Shown: positions 11,768-24,800, counted from the stretch's first letter. The stretch is 64,000 nt of DNA from Phoronis australis (GCA_002633005.1 NMRA01000925.1:1-64000); one strand, 5' to 3'. The notes: generated by a model not told the origin, from the sequence alone. Numbers and translations: made by a program.

Positions 11768-14169
11768 TCGTTAAGGTTGAACCTAGGAACTCCTTTAAAA
11801 TCCTTTTGAAACATTACTCCCTGTCCATTATGGGAAGCCCGATACGCGGTGAAAACATTGAACTATAAATGAGATGATTTAAAAATTTTGACGACCATGA
11901 TGTATTCATATTTTGTTAAGCATGTATTGCACAATGCACTGTGACCTCGTTAAATGCATTCAATAATAATAACTATAACAGTAATAATTCATGCCGCCTG
12001 CCAGGTCGGAAGGTATTCCTATAGAAGCGGTATACTAAAAGTGCCTCCCGAAAGGGTGTTTGTCACTGCAAAAAAATACTTTCCAAAGTGGTGCCATTTT
12101 CGACAAAATACTTTCTAATATTTGGAATTTTTGGAACAGTACTTTTCGAAAATTACTCTCTAAATGAGTAAATTTTTGGGAGGCACCCTCGTCTAACTAT
12201 ACTAGTAAGAGTAACCGCGGCCGTGTCAGATGCCACTTGTTAGTGATTTTGGTCACTTAACTTGTGATATGACGTTGGTTTCGAAAATGTAACAAAGTTA
12301 CATTTCTCTCTTGTGCATTCTACGTAAACTGTAACAATTACGTAAGATGTAAAAACTTCTTACATTTTAGGAGAGGCTCAGCAACGTAAAATGTAATAAT
12401 CTGTGGCAACTTGCACGTCAATCCTAGTCTCATGCACATTCAAATTGTTGAAGATGAAAATTGTCAACATGGAAATGATACGTGATCTTGGATCGGGGTA
12501 CAAATTAAAGGAGTGTCGCCGGAAAAATCTGATCCGCGATTACTGGTGACTGTCAGTGCAAGGACAAGCGGCTTTGAGAATTTGTTGTACCCCTATAAAA
12601 GAACATGATTCGCTCCGATGCACAGCATACAGAAAATTCGGTTTAATATTTGAGTTTTTCCGTCATATTCCGTAGACTGGGATCCTACAAATTTAAGTAT
12701 TTTTCTTTTTTGTTTATGAAGTTTTTATAAAGTTTTGGATAATATTCTTTCATCCGGTTTTGTAATAACATTTCGTAATTTGACTATTTAGCATGGGGTG
12801 TCTAAGTTTTCAATATCTAAAAAAAGGCACGTAACCGTCAATTTTTGGACAAAGTCGGTGTCGAGAATCTAATAGGCGTGACTCAAAATGAGCACATGTT
12901 ATGAGCGCTAGCGACAAAGCCGCTCCTTTCGGTGATTCATAATGACGTAACACCGAATTGGTGCAACCAGGGCTTCAGGTTATCCAAACGTAGAATGTTA
13001 CAATCAATATCTATAACACATTCACAATTTAATTGTCATCACTTACTGGGAATGTCAAAATTGCAATGTTTTGATGACATTTCTTGTTTGATAATCTGAA
13101 ATTAAATTTACTGGAATTAATTGCATGAATGACGTGTGAATATGCCCAATGCGCACGGTGGCAACGCCCAAGCCAAAATGTAATACAAGCATAATGTACA
13201 TGGCAGACTTCTGGTGTCAGAAACGTGTCAAAAATTCCCTACCTGCCGTCGTGACACGTCCTCACGTGAAATTTCTTTTTTATCCAGTTACAAATTATCC
13301 AGCACGTTGTCGACCGGACGGTGAAAACTGACACGACTATAGTACTCAACGACAAACGTACAAGTGACAATAGTTACGAGCACGCCCTGCTTGTGGGATT
13401 ACTCTACAATGCAGCGTTACGTAATGGCTCTATAGACGTAATGCTTGAAGTAAGCCAAACGGCATCATTGAACAATGAGAGCTTTCAGGTCAGGATTCCT
13501 ATTTTTGTAGTGCGTAGTGAATGCTCGGTAGCATAAGCAAAGTGCGCTAAAACGGGTTGCAATATTGAATACCGCGGAACGGGAAATTTTGCCTCAGTTT
13601 ATCTCAATGGGCTGGGACTGCAACTAGCGTCAAAGCAATGACAGGAGACCAAAGTTAAAGTTGTATTTCGCCCTGTTTAGATGACGAAAAACATTACGCC
13701 TTTTATTCTCATCGAATTGGTCTCGTAATATCTAGGATTATAATGAAATCCCAGGTAATATTCCTTAACGCGACAGGATTTTATTTCCGTCACCCACACA
13801 GACATCGAAACCATCGAGATCACTTAGGGATCATTTTGTTCGCAATCATTTTTTATTATATGCTGGCAGTTGTCTTTTTCTAAGATTGAGTGATTCAACA
13901 TAACATTAGCAGTGCTGTAGTGGGGCGTAGTCGCAGCCAACCACCTTTTGGCATTTGAACGTAGCGCCTACGCACCGTAAGTTACGTTCAGTGCTCGAGG
14001 TGATACGATGGGCTTTGGGCGCCTACTTACCACTAATTTTACCACTACACCACTGAACGATACATTCCACTTGCCGTTTACAGTGGACTTACAACCAACG
14101 TGTAATCCCATCTCAGTCTATAGTTTTTAGTGAGATCACTTCAGGACGAAGTCGGTGCACAGTAGAGGT
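11768..14169 (+). repeat. Copy 2 of the 2.4-kb duplication (probable alternate haplotype)
   Basis: Starts at the base immediately after the N at 11767. Confidence 0.95.
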
Positions 14170-14523
14170 CACGGGTGAGAAGATGACTGACGGTCCTCCT
14201 AAATCGGGCCGACTCACCCAAAACAGGACCTCCGGGGATCAAATGGGACCGAAGCACCAGAAAATGGGACTGACGCACCTAAACACAGGACCGCCCCACT
14301 GCCAGAAAACAGGACCACCGGGGACTGAACATGACCGCCGGGGATTGAAACCGCAGTGGGCAAACAAGTCCCCGGCGGTCCTGTTTTCTGGTGGGGCGGT
14401 CATGTTTTTAGGTGCGTCAGTCCCATTTTCTGGTGCGACGGTCCCATTTGATCCCCGGAGATCCTGTTTTGGGTGAGTCAGTCCGATTTAGAGGACCGGC
14501 GGTCATGTTGTTTCTCACCCGTG
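14170..14523. mobile_element. 354-bp palindromic MITE with CAC...GTG termini and a 5-bp TSD (Transib-like signature)
   Basis: GAGGT|CACGGGTGAGAA ... TTCTCACCCGTG|GAGGT; the empty site GAGGT-GTGG is at 11012-11020; the arms are inverted over most of the length. Confidence 0.88.
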
Positions 14524-17500
14524 GAGGTGTGGTGTCTCTTAATATGTAGGGCACACTGGAGTGCACACCTGTGCGTTCTTGGATGTTCAGTAAAAGCCAG
14601 CGCTACGATAACTTGCAAGCTGTTTCAAGCGAAAGTTTCATCGAAACAACAGTCCGTTCTTTTGTGCGAGCCAAGCCTCTAGAGAAAATAGTAACAGTTG
14701 ACAACGGATATCAACACTGATGACTTTGACTGAAGCTGTATTAAAATGTTGTTTTTGTACGTTACAAATCTTTACTTAATTTTATGATTATTTATGTTAC
14801 AATAAAAGAACGTCAAGACAATACTCTATTGCCAATCTGCTTTTGTGTTTACTGAAATTGCGTTTTACTTGGCATCTTGATTTTCATTTTCGAATCCGGA
14901 ATGTTAGGGTTGTCCACTGAATGAATAAACTGAATAAACTCTGATTGGTTGATGGCTTCGATGTTCTTGTCAATTGTAAACTGAAATGGTATCCTGGCAC
15001 GGTGAGGAATATTAATGAGACTGATTTTATCAGAGTAAAAAGCCTAATTCCATTTTCGTTTTTAGCGAGCGAAACATGGCGAAATGCAACTTTGAGTAAA
15101 AGCAAAATGAGATTTGTCAGTTCTGAGTCAGCTCGAGCAGTGGCTACCGAGAGAACTACCAAGAAGTAACTCTATTATCGTTTAATCGTACGATTTAGCG
15201 GACAGTATTCTAACATATCTAGTGCACCTTATTTGGTTTGTCCGGTAATGTTCACCACGAAGTGCTCACAAGACCCATTCATGAATTGTTTCTGCCGCAC
15301 TCCTACAGACCCCCTCCCTTCAAGTACAATAATTAAATTTATACGAATCTACTTACGCATGTAATTTACTGGCCTTACTCGTGTGATTTATATACGTAAT
15401 AATTCATTTACTAATGTATGTNTTTTTACGAGCGTAGCCTAACGGTCTGCATTTGACCAACAATAGCGCGTTTCGTGTCTTCAGACACTAATCCGGCTCA
15501 AAGTCGTCTCATTTTTCGTCCTTTTTGGCGCCTCGGAAACTGATCTGGAAAGGATTCGTCTTCGACGAGCTGGTTCGAGAGACCTGTGACAACTGAGTGA
15601 CTACATTGAGAGGGGTATTGCTCTCGCGATTTTTTTTTTTTTTTTGATATCCAAACAATTCAAAAGTTGCTGCGACACGCCGGGAGCGAAGCTGTTCCCG
15701 GCTTGATCATTCACACAAGATAACCTTATGAACTTTTTGCGACATTTTGGAAACTTGCTTGCTTTCGCAGCCCTGTGTCGAGGAATACTGTGTGACATCG
15801 AGGCTGATAAGTGCGCACAATAACTACAGATGGCAGTAATCCTGTCGAAAAGGCACCATCATGCTATTTTTTCCTCGTTTCTTTAAGGGCTGGCTGGAAA
15901 CTGGGGACGTTGTAATGCTCGAGAATAGCTTGGCGTTCTCAACAGGACGAGAACGAATCTAGTGAAATGTAAACTTATCAAGTGGAGTATTATCTAAGAA
16001 TGTGATGTTGCTCAAGCAGTAAAGTAAACATGTAAACGCGATATGAGACGATCTACACACAATGCCTGTTCAAGCAAATGATACCGGGAGTTTCCAATGG
16101 CAAGCCCCTGAGTGCACATAAAAAATGTTTCATCCCAGGCAATAAGTTTGGCCTACTTACGGAAACAGGGAATGAAACCACTACATCGACATTAAATTAC
16201 GACAAATATCTGAACTGTCAGAGAACAAATGGCTTATATAAAACAGTTAGTACGAGGGTCGTTCAATAAGTTTTCGACCAAGAAAACAGGTACTAACTGT
16301 TATATATAAGCCAGAAACGTGCAACAATTCCCTGTTTCTCATAAAAAATGAAATTGTTGTGATAGAATAAGATTTAGTGTTATTTTGGTCCGAAATATAA
16401 CAATGTCTTTGTTTGACTCGGCTGGCGGCTTTAGTTTGGTAAATCCTACAAACCGTAGATTTTTATTTGTGGTTCGGGAAAGTAAGCCATTGGGCCTATA
16501 TTCATTTTTTCCCGAATTGGCCTGTATTGGGGGAAGAGTTGGGGCTGTTTGTCGAAATTCCAAGTATTTCAAATTGCGAATAGGTGGGTTCGGGTCCCAC
16601 TAGGGCAAACTTGAGTCAGGTCTCTAGCTCCTCAGCTCGCTTTTAACTATATGTTAATAAAGCATAAAAAATGGTCCCAGGGGCTCACGTGAGAGGCTTG
16701 CGCACTTTTAGCTGAGTACAGCGTGTTCCTGACGACCTGCAGTTGTTTTTTTCACACCAATCTCTCATTAATTGGGTCAGGTGTCCAGTTATTTTTAATG
16801 AAATTTTGCGAAAAAGAAAGGTACATTCGTAGCAAAACAATGGTATCAATATCACGAACAAATTTCTTTTAATATTCATAAATGTGATACGTCACAGTTT
16901 TCTAAAGCACTAAATAGTTTCCGTTTTATGCTAATTTTTAATTTTTCCATAAAAACGGTGAGGGTCTTATTTTTATTAGCCCTTGATGTGAAAGTGAAAC
17001 TTTTTATAAACAATTCTTGCCACCGTTTTGAGGAACGCTGCATAAATCATATCTCAACTTTTCATATGAATCCGATCAGCCATTTTTGAGATATAATGTT
17101 CTCAAGTTTATAATCGAATTTGGACATTTTTTAGCGTCTTACATAACCTTATCGGTGTTAAAACGCTGTTTTAATGATTTCAGTCGAACCTGGTTCTGTC
17201 TGATGTGAAAGCTCAGCTAGTACGGTGAACTCTAGCCCATTTTGGACAAAAATAGTTGCCTTAAATAAACTTAAATTGCGTTTTTTCATTTTTCATTGTT
17301 ATGAATGCCTTCAATTTTCCAGAATCGTTTGAATTTGTCTAGTTTTAGCTATGATGTAGATTTTTAAAAATGACGTAACATGTATTTGGTGCTTATCTTT
17401 TATGAGAAAAATTTTTAAAAAAAATGAAATTTCACTTGTCAGTCATTTCTTGTTCTTAATTGGTGCGATTTTTGAGTACCTCTTTCCTGAGAGATAAAAG

Positions 17501-18917
17501 CAATGTTCAGCTCACACATTTCCTCAGTGGAAATAATTACTGGAAAAAAATTTTTTGAGTGTGAAATTTCTGAAATAAATAGGTAGATGATGTGTCTTCA
17601 GATCCTGATCTTTCTCCACTAAACAACTGTGGTTAACTTATCCAAAGCGTTACTAACGCTTGGTGATAAGCTAGACTAATAATAGCTACCAACCTGTAAT
17701 TATTTGAATTATGTCAAAATAAGAACAACCGATTTTTGTTCTTTTGTGAAGGAGGCAGTGAAAGTTTCGCTCTTCTTTTTTGGTATAGTCAGCAGTTTCG
17801 TTTCGTGTTCCTATTAGTTGATTCAGTCTTGTAAAATTTTAGGCCAGAAAGCCGTAGGTGGGTTCTGTCCCAATTTTTGTTTTTGAAATTCGAGTCCGTG
17901 GTGCGGTATTCTTTTTTAGTTTCCCACTTTTTCAAAAAAATCTACCTGAGACGAGCAAAAATATAATGGGATTTGTTTGTTTGTTTTTAATTGTCGCTTG
18001 GTAAATCATGGCGTTTTAAACCTTGCTTGTCCTGGCTGATGTGCCTTTGTGTAGCGTTTCAAAAAAACAGCAACAGGTGACCTCTGATGACATTCATGCG
18101 GGTCGGCGTTTTTAGACGGTGAGCTCAGGCCTCAAAATGAGTCGGGGTAAATACCAAAACTAACTTGGTTTTTTTAGCCTAATATGGGCAAAATAACTGC
18201 GTCGTGTCTTTAGTGTTAACTATCAGTCTGTATTAATTTGTTTATCATACTAGCTAAAATTACGTGTTTTCATAAAAATAATTTCTGATTATTGACGAAT
18301 TTTGGTGAAGGCGTCTATTTCATAAAAGTCACTTAGACAACTATTTCAGAAAAATAATTAAATCTCATATGAGCAAAGTGCAAAGTCTCTGAGAATATAC
18401 ACATAACTTCTAGGTACTGATATAATTTCTATAAATCATGTCACGTATAAATCCCTGGTCGTATGCTACTTGGTTAAATCGTTTTCAGCAATCTTGATGT
18501 GGGATCGTAAAAACCAAGTTTCTGTTTTAGTCTTAGTCAGTTTATAACACAAACCCCAGAAGAAAGTGCGATACGAATAATAATGATACGACCACGAGCT
18601 ATTTTGTTATTTGTTTTAGTGACTCCATACTCGAGCTAGAGGAATATAAGTTTGCATAGCATTTTCATTTCTGAGAATGGCTCCAGCGACAACACGCCCG
18701 GTGTTATCTGCAAACTAGCCTATCTTACAATGTGTTCCCCCTCTCGCACCCTCTCGCAACCTATGGTAATCTTCTGCTCCTTGTTCTCCATACAAACACT
18801 TGTTGCGTCGCCCATGATACGTTCGTGTAAACACGAAGCACGACAATATGGTGTGTGCGATATATATTTTTTTGTTAACGTTGATTTTCTGATATATCTC
18901 CAGCAACTTGAGCTAAC

Positions 18918-18923
18918 AAAAAA
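18918..18923 (-). terminator. RNA polymerase III terminator (T6) of tRNA-Ala
   Basis: A6 on the plus strand, 7 nt downstream of the tRNA 3' end. Confidence 0.8.
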
Positions 18924-18929
18924 GCGGTG

Positions 18930-19001
18930 TGGAGATGCCGGGGATCGAACCCGGGGCCTCGCGCATGCGAAGCGCGCGCTCTACCACTGAGCTACATCCC
19001 C
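18930..19001 (-). tRNA. tRNA-Ala (anticodon CGC)
   Basis: GGGGATG TA GCTC AGTGGTA GAGC G CGCGC TTCGCAT GCGCG AGGCC CCGGG TTCGATC CCCGG CATCTCC A: perfect cloverleaf, G3:U70 alanine identity pair, A and B boxes. Confidence 0.97.
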
Positions 19002-19625
19002 ACAAACGAAGGTTTGGGTGATTTTTATAATAATTATTATTTTCTAAGAATTCGAAACGGATTTGTTGAGTTATGCGGGTAATTTAGGTATTATTAGGAT
19101 ATTTGTGACTATTTCATTTTGCTTATGTTCTTTTAATGTGGTTTACAACACCATAGTGCTACAAACCTTGTCTTTCATTGCGAGCCTTATCCATTTTGCA
19201 CAAGATGTCGCTGCGGAGAAGCACTTAAATTAAGGCTGGGCGATGTGTGTGTTGAAGTTACCCATGCCGTAGGCCATAGGTACTTCGTCTGAGGACGGTA
19301 CTGCGTCAAATAACCCCAGATTTACAAGACAAGACGAGCTCACCAAAATGAAATTTGGTTCAACTACTCAGGTGAGCATCCCGAGCTCTCCAGCTGCGCA
19401 TGCCATGTTTCAATTCAAAAGCCACCTGACTCAGTGTTCACTCACGCTCGTCAGACGTCATTGTACTATCAAACTTTGATAAGGCCAGATAGGAGGTCTT
19501 CACAATGTGTCTCGGGTCCTATGTGTACCGTTTTATGCATGTCGGGGTTCTAAGTGTCCCGGGTTTTATGTATCGCAGTGACAGTGTGGTAGTTGTGATT
19601 GTCCTCCTGTGACTGTGTTGTGTAG

Positions 19626-19880
19626 CATGGGCGGCGCACAGCTGCACAGGCGTCCTCAGCTTCTTGTCGTCCCCAATATTCAATACACTATTATATATAG
19701 ACAGTGTATTAGGGACGATCAGAAGCTGAGGATGCCTGTGGGGTGGTGCATCTGGGGCTGGGGGGCCATAGCCCCCACTTTTTTTCAATGCTAGGCTGCA
19801 CATGGTCTATAGGCAGTGCACCACACGGGGCTGAGGGGCTTTAGCCACACCCCACTTTTTTCAGTGCTGCGCCACCCATG
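19626..19880. mobile_element. GC-rich MITE with 5-bp TSD
   Basis: TGTAG|CATGGGCGGCGCA ... TGCGCCACCCATG|TGTAG; internal duplicated GGGGCTG..GGGC..TAGCC..C.CCACTTTTTT unit. Confidence 0.75.
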
Positions 19881-21180
19881 TGTAGATATATAATGTCCTA
19901 GCTAGCCACGTTTGCTGAGCATATGGGCACGTTATTCAGTGGCCTACAGGTACGCGGTATGTAATTACATCGCTCTGTATGCCACCGCATACAGGGGCGG
20001 ATAGTACATCCCCAAAAAAGTTACAAATTTTAAAATACAGGAAATGAAATCAAGTGAAACATGCATATATGCACATGGAGTTATAATTAACACATTACAT
20101 GAGTCTGGAGACGATTCAGTCAAAATAATTAGAACAAATCGATGAAAATCTGTCGCAGGTTGCTCGAGTTTCATCTTACCGGGTGCCATTTTGAGGAAGT
20201 TACGTGAAATCACGCGTGATGACCAATAAAAAGTTCAAGGCACATAAATCTTACAAATTTCACCTGATACCTTCCCATGCCTTTGCAAGTGTCACGCGCT
20301 TCGCTCAGTCTCGCGCTAGCCTTAATGCCTAACTCGCGTGACTCAGTTGAAATATTTTGTGGTCATCACATGCGTGGTGAAAAAGTTAACGTTAACCAAA
20401 AAAGTGGAGTTGGAATTCTTCACCAAAGTCACCTTAAGTCTCACAACTAAGCTTCATCAAAGATATGTGAAGAAGTAGAAAGAACCGCTGAAGAAAAGCA
20501 CTTTTTAAGTGATAGTTTTAAGTGTGAAATGTATATTTGATGAGGTGAAAACTCCTAATGGGTGGCCGGATTTGGTCTATCACCCATTTAAAATACACGG
20601 GACGAAATTCGTACAGAAAGCGATGGGAAGTATTGTAGCTCCTAACCGGCCAACCGAGGGGCTAAGTGTTGCCTACCTATGCAGATGCTTCATGCAAATA
20701 CACGCAAGCCGGACAATTTCTCCATGGGGACAATGGTTATTTTCACACCGCTCGATAGCAACTCAAAATGATCATTTGGGCAAAGTATGGATATTTCTTT
20801 TATACTTTGCATATTTTAGCTCTTTTTGATCAGTTTTTACTTTTCTGGGTTAAAATAGCGGTTATCGGGAAATTTTCACGTGACGTCGATTGAGCTTGAC
20901 TAAAAATTGTCAAAAATTTATTGGGAACCCTGGTGAACATAAGAATTGACCTAAAGATCCTGAGATTCTGTCAAGTGGTTCCAGAGATATGGCTGCATGT
21001 AATTTATGCTATTAGGCCAAATTTTGACCTAATTATGCGTTAATGAGGTCAATTTTTGCCCAATATGAGGATGGAAAAAACACCTCAAAATGGTCACGTG
21101 GACCTAAAATGACTATTGTAGCTAAAACTTGCACACACGTCTGCTTAGTGCCTGGACTATAATGCAAAAGACTGAGATGC

Positions 21181-21257
21181 TAGAACACGGGACACATATA
21201 ACCCAGGACACATGGAACCCAGGATACATAGAACCCAGGACACATAGAAACCGGGAC
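21181..21257. repeat. Minisatellite, about 5 copies of a 16-bp unit
   Basis: Unit ACACATAGAACCCAGG. Confidence 0.85.
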
Positions 21258-21346
21258 GCAATGCTGTGCTCCTGTTTGATAGTAGGCCCCAAGTCAATTA
21301 GGCCTAATTAAGATGTACGTAATCACCTAAAGCAAAGCAAGTAAAG

Positions 21347-21880
21347 GGACCCGATATCTGCAATTACTGTTTACAGCCAACTGTTAAGTCATACATCCCA
21401 TGAGCGGCGTTTTGCCTTTTTCACATCTTAACAGATGGCTGTAAACAGTAATTGCACAGATATCGGGTCCTCAGTAGCTCAGTGGTGAGAGCACTCGACC
21501 GGCAATCTAGAGACCTGTGGTTTGATTCCCAGTTGGGGTTCCTGATTTTTCTGTGTTGATTTGATACATTTCATTACTGGCCAACCTCAGCATCTATGTA
21601 TTTACTATATCTATTAACACATACTGGTAAATTGCTGATTGTATATATATAATTGTCTAAATCCTGTGTGAAAAAGGTGAAACGCCGCTCATGGGATGTA
21701 TGACTTAACAGTTGGCTGTAAACACTAATTGCACAGATATCGGGTCCTCAGTAACTCAGTGGTGAGAGCACTAGACCGGCAATCTAGAGAACTGTCGTTT
21801 GATTCCCAGTTGGGGTTCCTGATTTTTCTGTGTTTATTTGATACATTTCATTATTGGCCAACCTCAGCATCTATATATTT
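21347..21880 (+). mobile_element. tRNA-containing repeat: inverted 5' segment plus two direct copies (period 277 bp); TRIM/SINE-like retroelement
   Basis: 21427-21603 matches 21704-21880; 21347-21425 is the reverse complement of 21667-21747; tRNA-like cloverleaves at 21465-21542 and 21742-21819 are each followed by TTTTT. Confidence 0.8.
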
Positions 21881-24800
21881 GTTAGGACATGGTTAGTGAG
21901 ACAAATATGTGTACAGTCTGTCAAATTAGACGAAATATAGAAATTGAATATGTAAAGTTTTAATGAATTTTACCTGCTTTGTATTGTTTCATACTCGAGT
22001 ATTTAAAGAACAGTTTATAATTTGACGTGTTTTTCTACCAAATACAATACTGTGCTGGTTTCCGTTGTAAGATTTTGGTAACTTTAATTAGATCTTTTGC
22101 TAATTTTATGGTGTTGTTTAAATCAGATGTTTTTACCTGGTCGATGTGCACGTAGCAATACTTCACAAAGATTTCCATTAGCGATGTCTCATTACAATAA
22201 AATCGGTGTAGACTGCAACTATATTGGGAAAAATCTGTAGTCGGGTTTGTCGATTCCTGTTCTTAAATTAAAATATGAAATGCCCGTTGTCAAGTTCTCA
22301 AACTTTTTTATTTGGCTGATTCCACTGTGAGCCATTGGCAGTCAATTGTGTTATATTCTATTTTTAGCTTGCAGCGGAAGTAGATTCTGTTTTCAGCTTG
22401 CAGTGGAAATATAACTACCGGTAATTATTTTTTACGAAGGTTCATGAACAATGCACTGCAAATGACATTGTTGAAAAATGTGCGTTATGAAGTACCCCAG
22501 TGTTTTTGTTTCACTTTAGATGGATTAGAATTTATAGTTTCAGCCATTAAGGCCAGTGAGTGCACCCAGATTCGTTTTACAAGATTATTAATTGATAATT
22601 TATTTGAAAGTTGTGAGCTAATATAAACAGACTGGACACAAAACTTTCAAATATGGTGAATTTGTAACCACTATAAAGCCTCTGGAAAACTATTACCCAA
22701 CACTGGCAACCTGTGGTAGGGCAGACTGAAAATCTGTTTCATGATGTTAATGAAAAATTCATGTATTCATAGCTCTACAAGCTCTTGTTCCTGTTTTGCA
22801 AGGCCAAGAAAATACCTACATGTGTTCTTCTTCATAAAGTCTTATTTTTATAATTCTCATTGCAAGTAATAACATCATATCAATATATTGCCAAAGTTAT
22901 TAGATACTAAAAATAACAAAGTTCTTCCTTTGCTTCTTTGACTTGGCGATATGTAATGCACGATTCTTTCTGTTGTCTTCAAAAACAAAATAGGATATGT
23001 CATTTTGGGCTGGGCTATTCAGAACCCACATGGGGGTAATAAAGCAATTATCTTCTCAGTCAGGGCCTTGGACACTTTGTTTAAGTGGAACTACTTTCTG
23101 GTTATTAACTTCTCTCTGTAAATGCCTGGCCAAGTTAGTTAGAAACAAAGCCTGTCGTGGTGATTTGATGTAAAGTAGGTTGAAAATTTCCAAACATTTT
23201 TTAAGAATGAGTTTTGTGGCGAAAATGATCTGCCAAAATCACTGAACCATGTCGAGTAAGTATTGTCAGGCGGTGTTGGGAAATAATACTGCATGATGTG
23301 GGCTGTGTGAGCCCACGAGTTACATAATTAGTGCAAAGGTGACCTTATTATTTGTTTTCACACAAATTGTCATTGAATACAACTGTTTCTTTCTTAGATT
23401 TTGCTAAAATAACATTGTCCTTTAGTACCTGCTATATAAACATTAGCATAGTTAGGAGCATGCAATTACATCTTTGAAGTTTGTTTAGTTACACAGTCCA
23501 ACTGGGACAGTGTTATGACTAGGTAGGAATAGGGTTCACAAATAATTGCATTCCCTGACCTTGCAGTGTCGATTTCAAAAGGCCTATTGTATGTGAAGGA
23601 TACAATGGTCTGCCAAATTTTACGCTGATGTGCTGGCCCTCTCCAAGCATAAAACACTAAACAAATTGCCATTACTAATGAATCGCAAATTCAAGAAATT
23701 AATTGTTAATCGAAGTCATAAAAAGTGTTTTAAAGACATGTCTCTCCAAACGGCTTTTAAGTTCAGCGTTTACATTTTTGAAGCGAAATTATCCTAGAAA
23801 CCCCACTGATAAGTGGTTAAGGTGAGAGTCATCGAAAAGTTCAGTGTTTGTTCAAGGCATGGTAAAAGGTTGGAGCTGAAATGTAATCCCTCCCATCTCT
23901 TACTACATTCATCATGTAGTCTTACGTAGTGTTGCTGAAGTGTAAATATGCTGGGAAGTCACACCTACTCTTGTGCTGCATCCTTGAACTGTGCCATCAA
24001 AAGGTGTATTGTTGTCGGAAAACTAACAGACACCGTCAATGTAAATACTAGGCTACTTCAGAAAATAAGAAGCGAGTCAAGCGGAGAACTTATCTGACAG
24101 TACTTGGAATCATCCAGAGGCTAAGTCAACCTATGGTGTGAAGAATGAGGAACAACAATCAATACGATTACGGAAGCTTATTTTTATGATTTCAGTCAAT
24201 GCGTATACTGGCTGAGAAATATACCATGGGTCTGACAAAAAACAGTGAATTTTTATGATTAGCTTACCTAGCAAGTATATTTTGAGTTAAACAATGAAAC
24301 ATCTGGACTATGTATATAGTGTTGTAAATATGGCATTGTTGGCTAAAGTGCTTGCTATTTGTTTTCTTGTCTCTAAGTAAGTAAGTTGAGATTTATTTCA
24401 CATCAGTATGGTATACAAACAATAATACATTACCACAGGGCTAGCACAGCAGTGATGTATACATTATCACTGGGGCTAAAACAGAGGCACATTTTACCGG
24501 GTGATGTCATTTTCCTCATCTTATACTGCTTCCCATGTCAAATGCATCCTATGGATTTCTCAAGCTATTGTTTAACTTGCGAGATCCCTGTGACGGGTGT
24601 AAGCGCATTGCATGGTTAAGACCTGTGGGACGCTACCATTGTTTTCCTTTTGTTCGATATAACAATGCAGGTTGCACGGATATTGTACCTTGGGCACACA
24701 TCAGCCAGTTACCGACAAATGTTTACCATTATCTTTATTATAAGAAAGAAAAACAAAGTGATAGACAATTATGATACGCCTATCTACCAATATCTATGCG

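Noticed and set aside
10011-13536. Pairs of near-identical small ORFs suggesting a duplicated gene pair
   Set aside because: A by-product of the 2.4-kb duplication; no coding motifs, and a frameshift differs between copies
14183-14476. 97-aa Gly/Pro-rich ORF, and a CRISPR-like periodic look
   Set aside because: Inside the palindromic MITE; repeats are short, inverted and lack unique spacers, and the context is eukaryotic
16251-16276. Mariner-like terminus TACGAGGGTCGTTCAATAAGT
   Set aside because: No partner inverted end or transposase found in the window
21465-21819. Two functional tRNA-Ala(GGC) genes
   Set aside because: C at position 33, altered T-loop (TTTGATT), imperfect T and acceptor stems, and embedded in a repeat; treated as tRNA-like
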